Positions 59,890-64,000 of a stretch of DNA of 64,000 bases are shown one piece after another; within the stretch, counting starts at the first letter, position 1; every line of letters begins with the position of its first letter. The position numbers and the translations under genes were made by a program. The stretch covers positions 128,001 through 192,000 of the forward strand of contig CAXXWX010000016.1 of the NCBI GenBank assembly GCA_963675745.2, written 5' to 3'. The stretch is from Phycisphaerae bacterium. Lineage in GTDB: Bacteria > Planctomycetota > Phycisphaerae > UBA1845 > Fen-1342. The notes below the pieces were generated by a model. The model ran no database searches. It saw nothing but the letters and a program-made list of their open reading frames with translations, and had not been told where the DNA came from.

Positions 59890-60435
59890 TCAGTCGTACT
59901 TGATGAGCTGGTACGGAAGCTCGATGGGTTTGTCCGTCAGCAGCGCCACGAGCGTCTCCCAGATGGCATCCGCCGGCGGCGGGCATCCGGGAAGGTGATA
60001 GTCAATCTTCACCACCTCATGGCACGGGTAGACCTGTTTCAGCAGCAGCGGCAGCTCCGCATCATTGGGAATCTCCCGCGCCGGGTTGTACACGCTCGGC
60101 CCGTTGAGGTAGGCCTCGTCGTAGCACTCCTGAAGCGGGATGTTGTTGCGCATCGCGGGAATCCCGCCCATCGTGGCGCAGTCACCGAGTGAAATCAGAA
60201 CGTCGCAGTTCCTGCGAAAGTCCCGCAGCACCTCCACGTTCTCCTCGTTACAGCAGCCGCCTTCGACCAGTCCGACCGCGCAGCGCTCGCTGAACTTCTT
60301 GATGTCGGTTACCGGAGACTTGTGGAAGTCTATCAGCTCGACCAGTTTCAGAATCCGCTCGTCGATATCGAGGATCGCCATGTGGCAACCGAAGCAGCCG
60401 GCAAGCGACGTCGTTGCTACCTTGGGTTTGGCCAT
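59890..60435 (-). CDS. hoxY: Hydrogenase small subunit
   Basis: LAGCFGCHM, VEGG, LGDCA, LPGCPP; 181 aa, single cluster. Confidence 0.95.
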   Translation of the reverse strand: MAKPKVATTSLAGCFGCHMAILDIDERILKLVELIDFHKSPVTDIKKFSERCAVGLVEGGCCNEENVEVLRDFRRNCDVLISLGDCATMGGIPAMRNNIPLQECYDEAYLNGPSVYNPAREIPNDAELPLLLKQVYPCHEVVKIDYHLPGCPPPADAIWETLVALLTDKPIELPYQLIKYD

Positions 60436-60454
60436 ACTATCTCACTCCCTTCTG

Positions 60455-61165
60455 CTATTTCGCCGCCGGGGCTTCGATGTCCGAACCAATCGGCTTCTCG
60501 TCGTACAGACGCTGTCCGATTGGGACGGCGTATCCGGTGCGTTTCTTCAGCAGCGCCCCGACCGGGCAGGCCTCGACCGCCTGGTCGGCTACATTGATAT
60601 TCGTGTCCGCCAGCTTGGCGTCAGAATTGACGGCGATCCGCTTTTCCGGGCCGCGCCCGACAAACTGGAAGACGTTCTTGCCGTCGACATCGCGCGAAGT
60701 GCGGATGCAGCGCGCGCACAGGATACAACGGTTGCGGTCGATCAGAATGTCCGGGTGCGAAGCATCAACCTCGCGCTTCGGATACATGTAGGGATACTTC
60801 GGCGCGGTTATGCCAAAGCGGTAGGCCAGCGCCTGAAGCTCGCAGTTGCCGCTCTTCTCGCAATACATGCAGTAGTGATTGCCCTCGACGAAGAGCATCT
60901 CGATCAGGTTGCGGCGTAGATTCGTGAGGCGCTCGGTGTTGTTTTCCACGATCATCCCGGGGCCGATCGGCTGCGTACACGCCGTCTGCGGTCGGCCGTT
61001 GACCATCACCATGCACACCCGGCAACTGCCGAACGGTGAGAGCCCCTTGTAGGCGCACAAACGCGGGATATAAACCCCGGCGTCATCGGCGGCTTCCATG
61101 ATCGTCTGCCCGGGCCGGCCAGAGATTTCGACGCCGTCGATGGTGAATGTAATCGTATCGCTCAT
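60455..61165 (-). CDS. hoxU: Diaphorase Fe-S subunit (NuoG N-terminal-like)
   Basis: IPRLC...GSCRVCMV...TAC, HYCMYCEKSGNCELQ, CILCARC, CPVGAL. Confidence 0.95.
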   Translation of the reverse strand: MSDTITFTIDGVEISGRPGQTIMEAADDAGVYIPRLCAYKGLSPFGSCRVCMVMVNGRPQTACTQPIGPGMIVENNTERLTNLRRNLIEMLFVEGNHYCMYCEKSGNCELQALAYRFGITAPKYPYMYPKREVDASHPDILIDRNRCILCARCIRTSRDVDGKNVFQFVGRGPEKRIAVNSDAKLADTNINVADQAVEACPVGALLKKRTGYAVPIGQRLYDEKPIGSDIEAPAAK

Positions 61166-61182
61166 ATCACATCCCTTCCGTA

Positions 61183-62997
61183 TCAGTGGGCATGAATCGA
61201 CTTGCGGCCCGTAATCTCTTCAGCGTCCGCCACCGCCGCGCCCAGGTCGAACGACGGCTGGAGCCCCTCGTCATCATCCTTGACCAGCGCGTTGTACACG
61301 AGGCGGAAGCTCTTCAGCGTCGTCAGAATCGGGTTCGGCGACGTCTGCCCCAGCCCGCACCGGCTCATTGTCTTCACGGTTTCCGCAAGCTCCTGCAGAT
61401 AGTCCAGATCCGACGGCACACCACGCCCCTCGAGGATTCTCACCAGGCGCTCCTTCAACAGCACATTACCGACACGACACGGGGTGCAATAGCCGCAGCT
61501 CTCCTCGATGAAGAACTCCATGAAGTGCTTGACGATGTCGAGGATGTTGCGCTGGGGGCCGAAGACCATGAACGCCCCGCCCGTGGCAAGGTCGTCGAAG
61601 CAGATCTTGCGTTCAAAGCCATCCGGGGCAACCATCGTGCCGCTGGCCCCGCCGACCTGCACCGCGATCGCATCCTCGCCGCCGGCGAGCTTCAATACTT
61701 CACGAACCGTGACGCCAAACGGGAGCTCGTATACGCCGGGCCGCCGGCAATCACCAGAGACGCTCAGCAGCTTGGTGCCCGTGCTGCCTTGCGAACCGAA
61801 CTCGCAAAACGCGGCCGGTCCGTTTTCCAGGATCTTGGTCACCGCGCACAACGTCTCAACGTTGTTGACCACTGTCGGACAACCCAGATAGCCCTTCTGC
61901 GCCGGGAACGGCGGGCGGTTCTTCGGATCGCCGCGCAAACCCTCGCACGAGCTGATCAGCGCGGTCTCCTCGCCGCAGACATATGCTCCGGCCCCCATCT
62001 GAATGCGAATGTCGAAATCAAAACCCTCTTTGCCGCACACTGATTTTCCGAGCAGCCCCGCCTCGCGACGTTGCTGGATAATGTGCTCGAGGTAAACGCG
62101 CAGGTATGCATACTCGGCGCGCAGGTAGACGATGCCCGTGTCCGCGCCGATCGCATAACCAGCGATCGTCATGCCGGCCAGAACTCGGTCGGGGCGTTCC
62201 GTCAGAATCACGCGATCCTTGAACGTCCCGGGCTCGCCTTCGTCCGCGTTGCAGAGCACGTAGCGCTGGCGACCTTCAGCCGCGCGACAGAACTCCCACT
62301 TCATACCGGTTGGGAACCCTGCCCCGCCACGGCCGCGCAGCCGCGCTGCCTTCACCGCGCGGATGACCTCCTTCGGGCTCATACCCACGGCCTTGCCGAT
62401 CGCGGCGCCGGGGTTGATCGGGCTGAAGATCAATGGCACCTCGGTGCGCAGGTTGTTGCGCACCATTGAATTGACCAGGTCGTGAGCGTTGTTGCCGTCG
62501 CCGAATTCGGTGACCAGCTTGTACGGGTCGCCGTGCTCGCGGAGCTGGGCCACAATATCCCTGGCACGGTCGCTGGACAGCCGCGTGACCGGCACGTCGT
62601 TGACCAGCGCCGCCGGCGCCTGGTCGCACAGCCCGATGCAGGGCGCCTCTTCCAGCGTGATCTTGCCGTCCTCGGTGGTTTGCCCCACCTTGATGCCCAG
62701 CTCATCCTCGAACACTCTGCGAATTCGGGCGGCGCCGTGCATGCGATCGATTATGTCGTTGCACAAGCGAATCACGACGTGGCCCTTCTTACGATCCGAG
62801 AGGTAGGAGTAGAAAGAGACCACGCTTTCCACCTCCACTCGGTGCGTGTTGACGGTCCGCGCGATCAGCGACATTGCGTCGCCGCTCACGCAGCCGAATT
62901 CGCCTTGCACCGCGCGGACGATATCCATCATCCGCGCGCGGTCGTTGTTAAACGCCGCGCAAATCGCTTTGACCGATCTTTCCAGACTCTTGCTCAT
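61183..62997 (-). CDS. hoxF: Diaphorase FMN/NAD-binding subunit (NuoE-like plus NuoF fusion)
   Basis: LRGRGGAGFPTGMKW, CNADEGEPGTFKDR, GAGAYVCGEETAL, ESCGYCTPCRVG...CGLG; N-terminal NuoE-like domain with CIGLC. Confidence 0.94.
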   Translation of the reverse strand: MSKSLERSVKAICAAFNNDRARMMDIVRAVQGEFGCVSGDAMSLIARTVNTHRVEVESVVSFYSYLSDRKKGHVVIRLCNDIIDRMHGAARIRRVFEDELGIKVGQTTEDGKITLEEAPCIGLCDQAPAALVNDVPVTRLSSDRARDIVAQLREHGDPYKLVTEFGDGNNAHDLVNSMVRNNLRTEVPLIFSPINPGAAIGKAVGMSPKEVIRAVKAARLRGRGGAGFPTGMKWEFCRAAEGRQRYVLCNADEGEPGTFKDRVILTERPDRVLAGMTIAGYAIGADTGIVYLRAEYAYLRVYLEHIIQQRREAGLLGKSVCGKEGFDFDIRIQMGAGAYVCGEETALISSCEGLRGDPKNRPPFPAQKGYLGCPTVVNNVETLCAVTKILENGPAAFCEFGSQGSTGTKLLSVSGDCRRPGVYELPFGVTVREVLKLAGGEDAIAVQVGGASGTMVAPDGFERKICFDDLATGGAFMVFGPQRNILDIVKHFMEFFIEESCGYCTPCRVGNVLLKERLVRILEGRGVPSDLDYLQELAETVKTMSRCGLGQTSPNPILTTLKSFRLVYNALVKDDDEGLQPSFDLGAAVADAEEITGRKSIHAH

Positions 62998-63140
62998 CAG
63001 CGTCCTCGCTCAATCTGTGAGCCCAATTACGCCCCCGACTTACGCCGACACCGGCTCGCCAATGTGTCGGAGTGTCGCTCCCTGTCTGGCAGTCGCACGG
63101 GCGCCCTGCGTCCCGTGCCGAACTGCCCCGCGTCTGTGCG

Positions 63141-63803
63141 TCACGCCTCTGTGCGCGCCGCGCGCTGCTCGCGCAACCAGGCGAGCCAGCTATCCATACC
63201 CTGCCCCGTTCGAGCCGCGAGCTCGATCAGCGGGGCCCGTGTGTTGATGCGCGACAGGTCGTCACGCACTTGATCAATCGCAAAGTCGAGCACGCCGCTC
63301 AGATCCATCTTGGTGAGCAGGATGGCGTCGGCGCGTTGAAAAAGTGTCGGGTACTTGGCGACCTTGTCGTCACCCTCGGGGACGCTCAGCAACACAACCC
63401 GCAGGTGCTCGCCGAGGTCAAAGGCCGCCGGACAGACCATGTTGCCGACGTTCTCAATAAACAGATAGCCCACGCCCTCCAGGTCGAGCGTGCCCAACCC
63501 CTCCGCCACCTGGGCGGCGTCGAGGTGGCAGCCGCGCCCGGTGTTTATCTGCGTGATCGATGCCGCCAGGTCACTGAGCCGCTCGGCGTCGCGCGACGTC
63601 TGCAAGTCCCCCACCAGCACCGCGGCCCGGCACTCGCCGGCCAGCGCCGCCAGCGTCTTCTCCAGCAGCGTTGTCTTGCCGCTGCCGGGCGCGCTCATCA
63701 GGTTGAGCGTCAGCAAACCGGCGGCCGTCATGCGCTGGCGGTTCTCGCGCGCCAGTGCGTCATTGACCTTGAGCACGCTTTCAACGACGTTCACTTTCTT
63801 CAT
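63141..63803 (-). CDS. hypB: Hydrogenase nickel-insertion GTPase
   Basis: SAPGSGKTTLLE, GCHLDA, ENVGNMVCPAAFDLGE, EGDDKVAKYP, TKMD; ATG at 63803 overlaps the hypA stop. Confidence 0.96.
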   Translation of the reverse strand: MKKVNVVESVLKVNDALARENRQRMTAAGLLTLNLMSAPGSGKTTLLEKTLAALAGECRAAVLVGDLQTSRDAERLSDLAASITQINTGRGCHLDAAQVAEGLGTLDLEGVGYLFIENVGNMVCPAAFDLGEHLRVVLLSVPEGDDKVAKYPTLFQRADAILLTKMDLSGVLDFAIDQVRDDLSRINTRAPLIELAARTGQGMDSWLAWLREQRAARTEA

Positions 63804-64000
63804 GTCGCATCCGCGCTTTCCGCGAGCTCCAATACAACCGATCTCAGAATAATCTCGTTGCCGTCGATGATGCGCACATCGGCCTGCCCACATTCGGGGC
63901 AGGCGAAGCTGTAATCCACATCCGGCTCGAACCGCCGACCGCAACGCCGGCACTCCGCCAGCGCCGGCACCTCAACCATCTTCAACTCGGCGCCGGCGGC
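63800..64000 (-). CDS. hypA: Hydrogenase nickel chaperone (5' end outside the window)
   Basis: AECRRCG...FACPECG...IIDGNEIILRSV; directly upstream of hypB. Confidence 0.92.
   Translation of the reverse strand, partial: AAGAELKMVEVPALAECRRCGRRFEPDVDYSFACPECGQADVRIIDGNEIILRSVVLELAESADAT

Noticed and set aside
60455..62997. Respiratory complex I nuoEFG
   Set aside because: Adjacent to hoxYH, hoxW and hyp genes; the NuoG-like subunit is only 236 aa and no membrane nuo genes are present.

Overview
GC-rich bacterial chromosomal segment. It most likely comes from a planctomycete of the Phycisphaerae type; this is inferred from the gene content (several Ser/Thr kinases, an ECF-kinase pair, Cys-containing dockerin-like C-termini, DCNxNGxPDxCD repeats, DUF4159 and DUF3857 proteins). 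Housekeeping genes: trpS (partial), frr, rnpA, recO, rpsO, pnp and a cold-shock gene. Signalling genes: a hybrid PAS kinase, a FixL/FixJ-like pair, an FHA-GAF histidine kinase, three Ser/Thr kinases and an ECF sigma factor. The window also holds a TolC/MacAB-type exporter, secreted proteins (DUF3857 transglutaminase-like pair, BNR propeller, FG-GAP protein, beta-helix protein, tricorn protease) and a hypAB-hoxFUYHW NAD-linked [NiFe]-hydrogenase operon ending in a lone receiver domain. Strongest leads: (1) a lipoprotein multiheme cytochrome with one CxxCK plus four CxxCH motifs, translationally coupled to a beta-propeller protein with a C-terminal anchor; (2) a GT2 plus BshC-like ligase pair, possibly a non-canonical bacillithiol-like pathway; (3) a shared dockerin-like tag on unrelated secreted proteins; (4) an active/dead transglutaminase-like pair; (5) an Sm/LSm-like small protein among RNA-metabolism genes; (6) several small ORFs with good ribosome-binding sites; (7) three families of REP-like palindromic repeats. 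Three genes are split by small indels (27631, 35650, 47543) that may be sequencing artefacts. No rRNA, tRNA, CRISPR array or transposase was recognised. All family assignments come from recalled motifs, not database searches.
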